Positions 47,538-57,077 are shown, counted from the first letter of the stretch. The stretch is 64,000 nucleotides of DNA from Nitrospirota bacterium (GCA_016213935.1 JACQZG010000009.1:647-64646), one strand, 5' to 3'. Translations and numbers: made by a program. Notes: generated from the letters alone by a model not told the origin.

Positions 47538-49490
47538 ATGTATATTTCAAAAATATCATTGTTATTTTTTTGCCTGATAATCTTTACTGTATTATCTTGC
47601 GCTCCTGCAACTCAGAAGTCTGCAAAAGGCCGTTTTAAGCAGAAAGAGTGTCTTGATTGCCATGAAGAGATACAGCCTGACTTGAAACGCCGAATTGTGC
47701 ATATTCCTTTACAAGAGCACAATTGCGAAGGATGCCATCTTCGTCACGGAAGGCTGGCTTTTAAATCATTTATAGAACGTGAAGAAAGAAAACTTTGCTT
47801 TATATGCCATACTGTCATGGAATCGGATATTCTGAAAAGAAAGCATGTTCATACGGTAATTCAAGAGAATAAATGCCTGCCATGCCATGAACCTCATGCT
47901 TCTGAGGCCCAGGCTCTTCAGAAGAATGCCGGGAACAGTCAATGTTTTGGATGCCATAATGATGCTACGTTTAAACGCGCGACTCGGCATAAACCCGTTG
48001 AAGACGGGTGCCTTATTTGTCATGATCCGCATGGGTCTGACTATAAGTCTAATCTTATTAAAGATGAGGTAGCTCTTTGCGAATCATGCCACAAGTTTAA
48101 TGAAAAGAATTTTATCGCAGCTCACAATAATTATCCAGTCGGCAAGGGCACTTGTATGGGCTGCCACACTCCGCACAGTTCGTCAAACAGCAAACTTCTC
48201 AGAGAGTATGTGCATGCGCCGGTCAGTAATATTGAGTGTTCTTCATGCCATCTGCCTTCTGAAGGCCCTAACCCCCTTTCGGTTTCATCAGTAGAAGGAA
48301 ATCTCTGCTATTCATGCCACACAAAAGAGAAAAAAGATTTCAATAAAAATTACAGACACCTCGTGGCCGAAAAGGAAGAGTGTTTGAAATGCCATAGCCC
48401 TCATGCATCTGATTATCCCAAAATCACCATTAAAAACAATGTGGATTTATGTTTAATGTGTCACGACAAGAAACCAAATGTAAACGTTAATAATTTACAT
48501 AGCCCGATAAGAAATAAAGGTTGTACCGCTTGTCATGACTCTCATGCTTCTGATAACCGGCTTTATCTTACTGCTCCTGAAAATGAGATATGTTTTACCT
48601 GCCATGAGGCTCTTAAGGATATGCTGAAAGAGGAGAATATACATGAACCCTTCATGAAGATTGAATGCCTGAAATGCCATGATACCCATGGCAGCAACTA
48701 TGCCGGCATGCTGAAGGTAACAGCCGAAGACCTTTGTTTCACCTGCCATAAAGATGAACAGAAGAATTACTTTAGAACATATATTCATACTCCTGTTAGC
48801 AATAAGAAATGTTCTTCTTGCCACCAATCTCATGTTTCTAAATTTAAGAAGCTGCTCACCGATGACCCTGAAAATATATGTATGAAATGCCATCAGGGCT
48901 TGGTTCAGGAGGAAGAAGGCATTTTTATCCACCAGCCGTTTAAGGAGAAAAAATGCAGTGTTTGCCATGATCCGCATGCAAGTGATAATATCGCTTCAAC
49001 TGTAAAACCTATGACTGAGCTTTGCTTCACATGCCATAAAAATATGGGGGAAGCATTAAACAAGTCTCTTAATAAGCATCTTCCCGTTGAGGAAGGGAAA
49101 TGCAATTCCTGTCATAATTCCCACTTGTCAAAAATAAAGAATCAACTCCTTAATCTTCCGAATGCTCTTTGCCTTACTTGCCATGAAAGGATAATTACGA
49201 CTACATCAAGAAGCGGACATATTGCAACTGAAGGCGTGGATTGCCTGAATTGTCATATATCTCATTATTCTGATTCTAATACGCTTTTAAAAGGTAAAGA
49301 CCCTGACATATGCCGTAAGTGCCACTCTGCAGATACTGAAAATCTTTTAAGGGTTCATAAGTCTCCGCTTGATGATATTTCCCGTTGTTCAAGCTGTCAC
49401 GAACCGCATGTTACTGAAAAGCCAGGGCTTCTGAAGAAAGTTGTTCATGACCCATTCAACCAAGGGCATTGTGAGGCATGTCATGAATAG
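47538..49490 (+). CDS. 26-heme c-type cytochrome lipoprotein built from ~13 doubled-CXXCH units
   Basis: Lipobox (FTVLSC) and 26 CXXCH motifs counted. The repeating unit is CxxCH-x(~20, with internal His)-CxxCHxxH(A/G/S)S, as in the paired-CXXCH family. Confidence 0.8.
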   Translation: MYISKISLLFFCLIIFTVLSCAPATQKSAKGRFKQKECLDCHEEIQPDLKRRIVHIPLQEHNCEGCHLRHGRLAFKSFIEREERKLCFICHTVMESDILKRKHVHTVIQENKCLPCHEPHASEAQALQKNAGNSQCFGCHNDATFKRATRHKPVEDGCLICHDPHGSDYKSNLIKDEVALCESCHKFNEKNFIAAHNNYPVGKGTCMGCHTPHSSSNSKLLREYVHAPVSNIECSSCHLPSEGPNPLSVSSVEGNLCYSCHTKEKKDFNKNYRHLVAEKEECLKCHSPHASDYPKITIKNNVDLCLMCHDKKPNVNVNNLHSPIRNKGCTACHDSHASDNRLYLTAPENEICFTCHEALKDMLKEENIHEPFMKIECLKCHDTHGSNYAGMLKVTAEDLCFTCHKDEQKNYFRTYIHTPVSNKKCSSCHQSHVSKFKKLLTDDPENICMKCHQGLVQEEEGIFIHQPFKEKKCSVCHDPHASDNIASTVKPMTELCFTCHKNMGEALNKSLNKHLPVEEGKCNSCHNSHLSKIKNQLLNLPNALCLTCHERIITTTSRSGHIATEGVDCLNCHISHYSDSNTLLKGKDPDICRKCHSADTENLLRVHKSPLDDISRCSSCHEPHVTEKPGLLKKVVHDPFNQGHCEACHE

Positions 49491-50778
49491 ATTGTACACA
49501 TTGAGTATCTTTAATTTAATCAGAGGTAAAAGCTTAAGTGTATTAATCTTTCAAGCTGTCTTTTTCACTATTATATTTCAATTTGATTTCGCTCATGCAA
49601 AAGCTGAGCTGACAGCGGCCGAACCAACGATTTGTTATAAATGCCATAAAGAGCTAAAAGATAATTTATCTGCTAAATATGTCCATTTCCTTTTTAAGCA
49701 GGGGAAGTGCAGTACATGTCATAATCCGCATGTTAGCAAGGATAAAGGCTTGTTAAGGGAGGATATTAATCCGCTGTGCCTTGGTTGCCATGAAAACATT
49801 AAGAATATAATCGCAACTGGACGTCAGCACAGCGCAATCAGAGACGGGGCATGCACTGATTGTCATTTTGCACATAGCAGTAATAATAACAACCTTATGG
49901 TTAAACCGGAAAAGGATCTTTGCTGGAAGTGCCATGAAGAACTAAAGCCTCAGCTTGAGAAAAAATATGCCTGTTCTCCATTCAAGAACGGGGATTGTTC
50001 AGCCTGTCACAATGCCCACGGCTCATCAGAAGACAATCTTTTGCACAGTAATCCTAAAGCGACATGTAAAAAATGTCACAATTCAGTCGGCTGCAAGTCA
50101 GGCAGTGTCTCTATATCAGCTTTAACGAAGGATATGAACTGCATATCCTGTCACTCAGGACATAGTTCCGATTCAAAAGGCATGTTAGGCCCGTATGGCC
50201 ATAAAGTATTTATTAACAAAGAATGCGTCAAATGCCATAAGCCCATAAAAGAGGGTGAGAAAATAACAACTCTTGCTGTTGGAGACGTCTTATGCCTTAA
50301 CTGCCATCGTGAAAAAACAGAGGTGATTGAAGATGATGTTCATGGAAGGGGCGATGCGTATTCTTGTACTTTGTGTCATGACCATCATGCTTCCGAAAAG
50401 AGCAATCTTACCAAGAGTGAATCAAGGCTATGTGTTAAGTGTCATGCTGATACCGAAAAAAGAACTGTCTTTATGGAGAAGGCCCTCAAATCAAAACGTG
50501 AATGCGAGCCTATAAAGAACAGAGAATGTTTTGAGTGCCATGTCCCTAAACATTCGAGGCGGATTTTGAATTTTAAACAGGATGTTTTTGTACTCTGCAA
50601 TGAATGTCATGAAACCGAGCACAAAATAACGCATCCTCTCGGCGCCGATGTAATCGATGTTCGTAACGGTCAGCCAATTACGTGCGTCACATGCCATAGC
50701 ATGCATTCTGCAAAAGCAAGCTATATGCTTACTCATGACGGAAAAAGAACTTTGTGCATTCAGTGCCATAAATATTAG
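49483..50778 (+). CDS. 16-heme c-type cytochrome (secreted)
   Basis: The start ATG overlaps the upstream stop by 8 nt (ATGAATAG). Signal peptide and 16 CXXCH motifs counted, again in paired units (CYKCH...CSTCHNPHVSKD). Confidence 0.8.
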   Translation: MNRLYTLSIFNLIRGKSLSVLIFQAVFFTIIFQFDFAHAKAELTAAEPTICYKCHKELKDNLSAKYVHFLFKQGKCSTCHNPHVSKDKGLLREDINPLCLGCHENIKNIIATGRQHSAIRDGACTDCHFAHSSNNNNLMVKPEKDLCWKCHEELKPQLEKKYACSPFKNGDCSACHNAHGSSEDNLLHSNPKATCKKCHNSVGCKSGSVSISALTKDMNCISCHSGHSSDSKGMLGPYGHKVFINKECVKCHKPIKEGEKITTLAVGDVLCLNCHREKTEVIEDDVHGRGDAYSCTLCHDHHASEKSNLTKSESRLCVKCHADTEKRTVFMEKALKSKRECEPIKNRECFECHVPKHSRRILNFKQDVFVLCNECHETEHKITHPLGADVIDVRNGQPITCVTCHSMHSAKASYMLTHDGKRTLCIQCHKY

Positions 50779-50906
50779 TTCAAGCATTATCGTACGAGCA
50801 GTTATTATTTGCTGACACCAGATTTAATAAACAGTCTTCGTGAATGCTTTTCCAATATTAACCACGGCATGGTTGTCTTTGGGTAAATAGTTCTTTACTT
50901 CTGTTT

Positions 50907-51926
50907 ATGAAGTTACCGCTCTATAACATAATTTTTTTTTGCGGTTTGATGTTTGTTCTTTATTTGTCCGAGTGCAGCGCTGATATGTCGGGTAAATTCT
51001 GCAGCGATTGTCATACAATGCATAACAGCCAAGCTTCTGAGGTTATGACATTTGATGACAGTTTGACGCCTTACAAGGCATTGCTACGTGGCTCTTGCGA
51101 CGGCTGTCACTCATCTTCCTCTAATTCCGTGTGGATTGACTCGGTTGCCGGGGCCCCTATCGTATATAATACTGTTGAACCTTCATATGCGAACAATGGA
51201 CTTGCCGGCGGCAATTTTTATTACACAAGTACAACCGATGATGATAAAGGCCATAATATTTTTTTGTTAAATCCTGATGATATATTAGGCAATACTCCGC
51301 CTGGAGGGAATAGTCTCGATCAGCAACTCAATTGTTCAGGAACTTACGGTTGTCACGGGCATAACGGCAGGCAGGTCGGAGATGTCGCAATTGAGGATCA
51401 ATTGAGTGCGATTATGGGCGGGCATCACGGGATTAATTCCCCTATGGACGGCAGTGTCACTGAGGTATCAAAAAGTTATCGTTATCTGCTTGGCATAAAG
51501 GGTATGGAGGATTCTGATTGGGAACATGACAATACTGCCACAAGCCATAATGATTCAAGCTCAACCGATTCTATAAGTTTTTTTTGCGCTTAATGCCATG
51601 GTAATTTCCATACATGGACAGGGGGCGAGTCTGAAGTGGGAAGCGCTTCTCCCTGGCTTAGGCATCCGACCGATATGGTTTTGCCGGCTTCCGGGGAATA
51701 CAATTCATATACAAACTATGACCTTTTGGCGCCAGTCGCTCGGGCAGATCCCGATTCTGTTGCCGACACTACGCGTGCTTATCCTGGAACCGACATTGTT
51801 ATGTGTCTTTCATGTCATCGGGCGCACGCCTCTCCTTATTACAAAATGCTCAGGTGGGATTATAAAAGCACAGTTTTATCAACTGCATTATCCGGATGCA
51901 ATGTTTGTCATACGTCAAAAAATTAA
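50907..51926 (+). pseudogene. OmcS-like hexaheme cytochrome paralog 3, interrupted by an in-frame TAA (51591-51593) inside a CXXCH motif
   Basis: Signal peptide, [17 protein letters not shown] and C-x5-CH (CSGTYGCH). At the fourth site the paralogs read CxxCH but this copy reads FFCA-TAA-CHGNFH. The same frame then continues (WLRHPTDMVLP ... CLSCHRAHASPYYKMLRWDY ... CNVCH) to 51926. Confidence 0.6.
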
Positions 51927-51949
51927 CAGGCTTGGTTTATTGTCATAAT

Positions 51950-53230
51950 ATGAAACAGATGCTAAGATTCTTTATTGGTACGATAATAATATATTTTCTT
52001 TTTATTGACACCCAGCCTGCGAACAGCGGGGCATACCTTCAATCTTCACATGGAGATTCAACTTATGGCGTTAAGCGAAACGCTTCAGGCTTTCCTTCAG
52101 GTTATCCGAAAGGACTCTGTGCCCATTGTCATGAACAGCATGCTAATATAGATGGCTCTGAACCTGCTCCATCCGACGGAGGACCTTCTTTGTTTGAGCT
52201 TTTCTCAGATAATCATATTGCACAGACTGAGAATTTTTGTTATCAATGTCATAAAGAATCAGGGTCTTACCAGTCAGGAGGGATGGTCAATAGGAGTTAT
52301 AGCTACAGGGCAGGTGGTTGGACTGCTGACAGCGTGAATGATATACTTGAGTCATTTAATTATGGTTCTCCAGACTCCTCGCATTATCTCGATGATATTG
52401 TAACTTTTATTTCCGGTAAATGGGGTTATACTGCTAATTCCAATCCCTGTACTGCCTGCCATAATCCTCATTCTGCGCAGGGTGATCCGCCTAATATGCC
52501 GAATGGGCCTAAAAATACTTCAACAACTCGAGGCTGGCCTGTTTCAAGGCCGAGCTTGCACAGTAAGGATAATAATACTTGGGGGCTATGGGGCGATGTA
52601 TCCGGCGAAAGGATGAGCATTTTTACATATCAGGCGCCTTACAGGTTTAACTCTTCAACCAATTACGAACCTGATGGCTCGACAACTGTATATGACGGTT
52701 CTAATCTTACTGATTTTGTGTCATTTTGCACAGACTGCCATAATGATTCCAACACAATATACAGCACCCCACTTTTTAGAGATAGTAATAAGTTTAACTG
52801 GAATACTGAACAGCATGGAGGGGGCGTTGCAAGTTATGGATGCTCTGATATTTTGCCGCCATATCAAGAAGCGCAATGCGGGTCATATGTGCTTTCATGC
52901 ACAGACTGCCATGAACCTCACGGCTCTCCAAACATCTTTTTGATACGGAAAGAAGTAAATGGAGACGAAGTTACGGTAGATGCCGGTAATGCTCCAGGGC
53001 CTGATGAGAGGGAAAATACAGAATGGATATTTCTTTGCAGCAGATGTCATGATGGATTAAGCATTCCTGACGGCAGGCATACCCATCCGTTTTTTGTTCC
53101 GCCGCAGGTTTCCGGCTGTTCTTCATTGCAATGTCATGAGGCTGGGGATTATTACAGGGTGTGTACCGAATGCCATAATCATGGCAATCAGGATATCGAC
53201 GGAACGCCGTTTGGCGAGCCTTTATTATAA
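51950..53230 (+). CDS. Octaheme c-type cytochrome (secreted)
   Basis: Signal peptide (MKQMLRFFIGTIIIYFLFI). Motifs CAHCH, CYQCH, CTACH, CTDCH, CTDCH, CSRCH, CSSLQCH (CX4CH) and CTECH. Confidence 0.7.
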   Translation: MKQMLRFFIGTIIIYFLFIDTQPANSGAYLQSSHGDSTYGVKRNASGFPSGYPKGLCAHCHEQHANIDGSEPAPSDGGPSLFELFSDNHIAQTENFCYQCHKESGSYQSGGMVNRSYSYRAGGWTADSVNDILESFNYGSPDSSHYLDDIVTFISGKWGYTANSNPCTACHNPHSAQGDPPNMPNGPKNTSTTRGWPVSRPSLHSKDNNTWGLWGDVSGERMSIFTYQAPYRFNSSTNYEPDGSTTVYDGSNLTDFVSFCTDCHNDSNTIYSTPLFRDSNKFNWNTEQHGGGVASYGCSDILPPYQEAQCGSYVLSCTDCHEPHGSPNIFLIRKEVNGDEVTVDAGNAPGPDERENTEWIFLCSRCHDGLSIPDGRHTHPFFVPPQVSGCSSLQCHEAGDYYRVCTECHNHGNQDIDGTPFGEPLL

Positions 53231-53248
53231 ATCTTTGGAGACAACAAA

Positions 53249-53500
53249 GTGAAAAATTTTTTTACAGCATCTGTGTTTGTTTTATTTTTGGTATTCTGCA
53301 TAACTACATATCCTGCAGCGGATGCTTTAAAGTCATCTGCAGAGATTGAGCAGGAGATAAAAATTAAAATGAACGCACATATTGAAAAAGTAAAACATAA
53401 AAACCCTGAAAAAATTCAGTCTTTGATGCAAAAGACCGGCAATAAAATAACAGGATGTTTAAGCTGCCATGATGACCTCCTTGGCAACAAAAACAAATAG
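53249..53500 (+). CDS. Small monoheme c-type cytochrome
   Basis: GTG start with a GGAGA RBS. Signal peptide and a single C-terminal CLSCH. Confidence 0.55.
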   Translation: MKNFFTASVFVLFLVFCITTYPAADALKSSAEIEQEIKIKMNAHIEKVKHKNPEKIQSLMQKTGNKITGCLSCHDDLLGNKNK

Positions 53501-53621
53501 CTTCAACATCTTCTGCCTTAAATTGCAGTTTATATATGTGCGATAACTCATATTACTGCGTGAAATTGCACAATTAATCTGTTTTTTAGGTCAAAATTGA
53601 TAGAAAAATAAGCATGTTGCC

Positions 53622-53637
53622 TGGCATATGTTTTGCT
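53622..53637 (+). promoter_or_regulatory. Candidate sigma-54 (-24/-12) promoter
   Basis: CTGGCATATGTTTTGCTAT is a near-consensus TGGCAT-N5-TTGCT, 23 nt upstream of the receiver gene at 53660. Confidence 0.6.
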
Positions 53638-53659
53638 ATAGTATTTATAGGCAAATACT

Positions 53660-54043
53660 ATGGCAATGAGTAATAACAAAAAAATTTTAGTTGCTGAAGA
53701 CGAAGAGCTTATCGGTTGGTCGTTAAGAAAGTTTTTTGAGTCTGACGGGTATAGAGTTGATATGGTTCACAGCGGCATTGACGCGCTTAACAGGATTAGA
53801 AATAATGAATATGATATCGTTGTTACAGACCTTTTCATGCCTGGTATGAGCGGGATGGAGGTTCTCTCCAAAATGAAGCAGGACGGCATAACGACCCCTG
53901 TTATAGTGACCTCGGCTTATTTTTCAGAAAAAATCATGTCTGATGTGCTTGATGGGGGAGCTTTCAGATGTATAAATAAGCCATTTAAGCTCGAAGACGT
54001 TCTTGTTGCAATAAAAGATGCTGAAAGAGTAAGCATCAGGTGA
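53660..54043 (+). CDS. Stand-alone response regulator receiver (CheY-like)
   Basis: KILVAEDEEL ... VVTDLFMPGMSGMEV ... TSAY ... KPF; REC domain only. Confidence 0.8.
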   Translation: MAMSNNKKILVAEDEELIGWSLRKFFESDGYRVDMVHSGIDALNRIRNNEYDIVVTDLFMPGMSGMEVLSKMKQDGITTPVIVTSAYFSEKIMSDVLDGGAFRCINKPFKLEDVLVAIKDAERVSIR

Positions 54044-54165
54044 ACCGACAGGCCTTTTAATCTAAAAGGCTTCTCATCTATATTAGTTAATCATCATTAT
54101 AAGCATTGCTTATAAAAGATTAATTTCTTTTTAATTCACTTTCTTCCTCTTACCGTGTAACATTA

Positions 54166-55068
54166 ATGGATTTATTTTGGCTTAGCATAATGAATATTAT
54201 ATTTCTTCCCTTAATAGGGTTGATAATGGGAACAGCATTTGCCAACGAAATTCCGAAAGAAACTAATATTCACTTCGCAGGTAAATATTGTGAAGAGTGT
54301 CATTCTCAAACGCCGGAAAAAGGCAAAGATAAATACTTGAAATATGGAAACGATTATGGTCGAACTTGCCGGTGCCATGAATATACCCCAGGGACATACA
54401 TTCACCCGGTTTTTATAAAACTTTCTGATGAGAAAAAGTCCAAGATACCCGATAATTTTCCTTTGGACAACGGAGAAATAACATGTCTGACATGTCATGA
54501 TATATATCTTCAGTGTCAGGACAGAGTTGTTTTAAAACTTTTCAACAGGCTTTTTCTAAGGGGAGGTCCTTACTTGCAGAGGACAGACATATGCTTTAAT
54601 TGTCATAATCGAAGCGAATATGCCAAACTTAATCCGCACAATCAGCTTGATGAGTATGGGAATATAATAGGCGAAAAATGCCTCTATTGTCATACGGAAA
54701 AGCCCGATGAGAAGCTGGATGCATATAAGGAAACATCTTCCGGCCATCAAGTCAAGCTTATTGGAAACTTTGATGCATTGTGTCTCAGATGTCATCCTGA
54801 AAAAGGAAGATTTCATCCGATAAACGCTGATCATCTTAGGAGACCTTCTGCGGTAACTTTGTCCAATATTAAAGAGGCGGAAAAGAAATACAATGTTATT
54901 CTCCCATTAAATGACAAGGGCGAAATCACATGCGCAACTTGTCATAATCCTCATGAAAAGGGCGTGTTGCCTCGCAAAAAGGCCTCTGCCTCAGGTGCAA
55001 GTGAGAAATACAGGCTTCGATTATCCGGCATGACTGGTGAGATATGCAGGGCATGCCATAAAAAATAA
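54166..55068 (+). CDS. Heptaheme (possibly octaheme) c-type cytochrome, secreted
   Basis: Signal peptide. Motifs CEECH, CLTCH, CFNCH, CLYCH, CLRCH, CATCH, CRACH, plus an atypical CRCH (C-x-CH) at 54367-54378. Confidence 0.7.
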   Translation: MDLFWLSIMNIIFLPLIGLIMGTAFANEIPKETNIHFAGKYCEECHSQTPEKGKDKYLKYGNDYGRTCRCHEYTPGTYIHPVFIKLSDEKKSKIPDNFPLDNGEITCLTCHDIYLQCQDRVVLKLFNRLFLRGGPYLQRTDICFNCHNRSEYAKLNPHNQLDEYGNIIGEKCLYCHTEKPDEKLDAYKETSSGHQVKLIGNFDALCLRCHPEKGRFHPINADHLRRPSAVTLSNIKEAEKKYNVILPLNDKGEITCATCHNPHEKGVLPRKKASASGASEKYRLRLSGMTGEICRACHKK

Positions 55069-55084
55069 TATAGGGGGTGGAAAT

Positions 55085-56161
55085 TTGAAGCATATTAATC
55101 ATGTGAGAATCACGTTATATTTCAGTCTCCTCTTCTTTGTTGCGGTGGCAGCATTTGCAACATCTGCTTATGCAGCAGACAAAGAAAACTGTTTAATGTG
55201 CCATAAGTATCGTTTTCTCGGCAGAATCGATGAACACGGTAAAAAAAGAAATTATAATGTTGATGAAAATATTTTCAACAATACGGTTCATCGAAATGTA
55301 CCGTGCAGGGATTGCCACACTCAAATCGCCAACCTCCCGCACGATCCGATAACGGAGGAAGTTAACTGCGGAAATGAATGTCATATTAAGCCGCCCTTCT
55401 CGACTGAAAATTTCTCGCATAAAAAAATAATCCAGATTTACAACAAAAGTGTTCACGGCATAAAAGCAGATGACCCCGAGGATTTGAAGGCGGCAAAGCC
55501 ATATTGTAAATACTGCCATTTAAACCCTATTTTTACGAAAGTGGAGGAAGAAAGGGTAGCAAGTTCAACACTACGGAGATGCTTGAACTGCCATGAAGAG
55601 AAAGGGGTTTCCCAGGCTTATAAGCATATAACGCACCGTCTCCGGCATAAAACATCTCGTTCAAGGCAGGAGATTGTCAAGCTATGTTCGTATAATTGTC
55701 ATGAGAATACCGCATTAATGGCAAGATTTAATGTTTCCCAAGAGAGCCTTGAGTCTGTCGAAACCTATAAGCGATCTATACATGGAAAGGCTGTTGCGTT
55801 AGGTTCTGAGGAGACAGCTGACTGTGTGAGCTGCCACGCGACCAGCAGTATACATGATGTTTACAAGAAGGATGAGATGATGTCAACAGTAAATGAAAGA
55901 AACCTCAAAAGGACGTGTGAGCAGTGCCACAGGGATGTTAGTGATGAGTTTATAAAAATAGATGTTCATTCCGGGATTACCCATGATGAAAAGCCGTTCC
56001 TGCATTTTCTCGAAGTTATGCTTGGTTTTGTTCTGTACGGAACAATATTCAGCTTATTGGGCCTTGCCGTTCTTGAGACGATTGGAAGAAAGAAGGATGG
56101 GATCAAGTGGCAGATTAGAGAGGGCACTACCTGGCGCGGAATATCAAAAAGAGGATTTTAG
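55085..56161 (+). CDS. Octaheme c-type cytochrome with C-terminal TM anchor (Cbc-type quinol oxidoreductase c subunit), module A
   Basis: TTG/GTG start after an AGGGGGTGG RBS and a signal peptide. Motifs CLMCH, CRDCH, CGNECH (CX3CH), CKYCH, CLNCH, CSYNCH (CX3CH), CVSCH, CEQCH. C-terminal hydrophobic helix (FLEVMLGFVLYGTIFSLLGLAVL). Confidence 0.7.
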   Translation: MKHINHVRITLYFSLLFFVAVAAFATSAYAADKENCLMCHKYRFLGRIDEHGKKRNYNVDENIFNNTVHRNVPCRDCHTQIANLPHDPITEEVNCGNECHIKPPFSTENFSHKKIIQIYNKSVHGIKADDPEDLKAAKPYCKYCHLNPIFTKVEEERVASSTLRRCLNCHEEKGVSQAYKHITHRLRHKTSRSRQEIVKLCSYNCHENTALMARFNVSQESLESVETYKRSIHGKAVALGSEETADCVSCHATSSIHDVYKKDEMMSTVNERNLKRTCEQCHRDVSDEFIKIDVHSGITHDEKPFLHFLEVMLGFVLYGTIFSLLGLAVLETIGRKKDGIKWQIREGTTWRGISKRGF

Positions 56162-56186
56162 ATTATAAATCTTACATGGAGGTAAC

Positions 56187-57077
56187 ATGGCAACTTCGTC
56201 TGAAACATTAGTAACCACTGCCGGGAATGCACAGGCGGACAGCGATTATATGCATTATGTCGAGGGAGTCGGTCATGTCCCGAGGGATATTTACAAACAT
56301 GTGCTTTCAGACCCTCTCGGTGACTTGCCTCGGTATTCGATTCATATCGTCATCCAGCACTTTCTTATTTTTATAACATTCATCACTCTCGCGGCTACCG
56401 GCCTCCCTCTTCATTTCGGTGACCTGTTCTGGGCGCCGATAATTCTGGCTCCATTAGGCGGCCCTGATTCCGCACGAATTATACACAGGATTTCTGCAGG
56501 GATAATGATAGTGGCTGCTCTCTATCATTTCATCACTATCGCAATCGGGACTTACAGTAAGCTTAAAAAGCACAAATTTAACCTGTTACATAGTCAGATT
56601 CCGACATTGAAGGATTTAAATGACATTAAGCATGATATCAGGTATTTTCTTGGCAAGGAGCAGTACCGCCCCAAGATGGGCAAGTTCATGTATAAACAGA
56701 AGCTGCATTACCTGGCCATAATATGGGGTACATTTGTAATGATAGTTGCAGGGTCAACGCTTTTGTTTCCTGAGGCCATGGCTAAGTTTTGGCCAAATCC
56801 TGAATTTGCCCAGGATCTCGCAAGGCTTATGCACGCGGATGAGGCAATTATGGCTTCAGCTGTGGTTGTATTTTGGCATTGGTCCAATGTGCACTTGGTG
56901 CCCGGCAGATTTCCGCTTCAGTGGACTTTTTTGACAGGCAGAATCACTCGCGAACATCAGATAGAAGAGCATTTTCTTGAATATATCGATAAGCTAAAAG
57001 ATGACCCGAAAGAAAAGGAATATTTAATAAGCGTATTGAAAGAAAAAGGATACAAAACAGAAGGGGGTGAGGTTTAA
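56187..57077 (+). CDS. Membrane di-heme cytochrome b (FdnI/HydC-like, Ni/Fe-hydrogenase b-type cytochrome family), module A
   Basis: Four or five TM helices with conserved His residues (IHIVIQHFLIF, RIIHRISAGIMIVAALYHF, VVFWHWSNVH). Confidence 0.7.
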   Translation: MATSSETLVTTAGNAQADSDYMHYVEGVGHVPRDIYKHVLSDPLGDLPRYSIHIVIQHFLIFITFITLAATGLPLHFGDLFWAPIILAPLGGPDSARIIHRISAGIMIVAALYHFITIAIGTYSKLKKHKFNLLHSQIPTLKDLNDIKHDIRYFLGKEQYRPKMGKFMYKQKLHYLAIIWGTFVMIVAGSTLLFPEAMAKFWPNPEFAQDLARLMHADEAIMASAVVVFWHWSNVHLVPGRFPLQWTFLTGRITREHQIEEHFLEYIDKLKDDPKEKEYLISVLKEKGYKTEGGEV

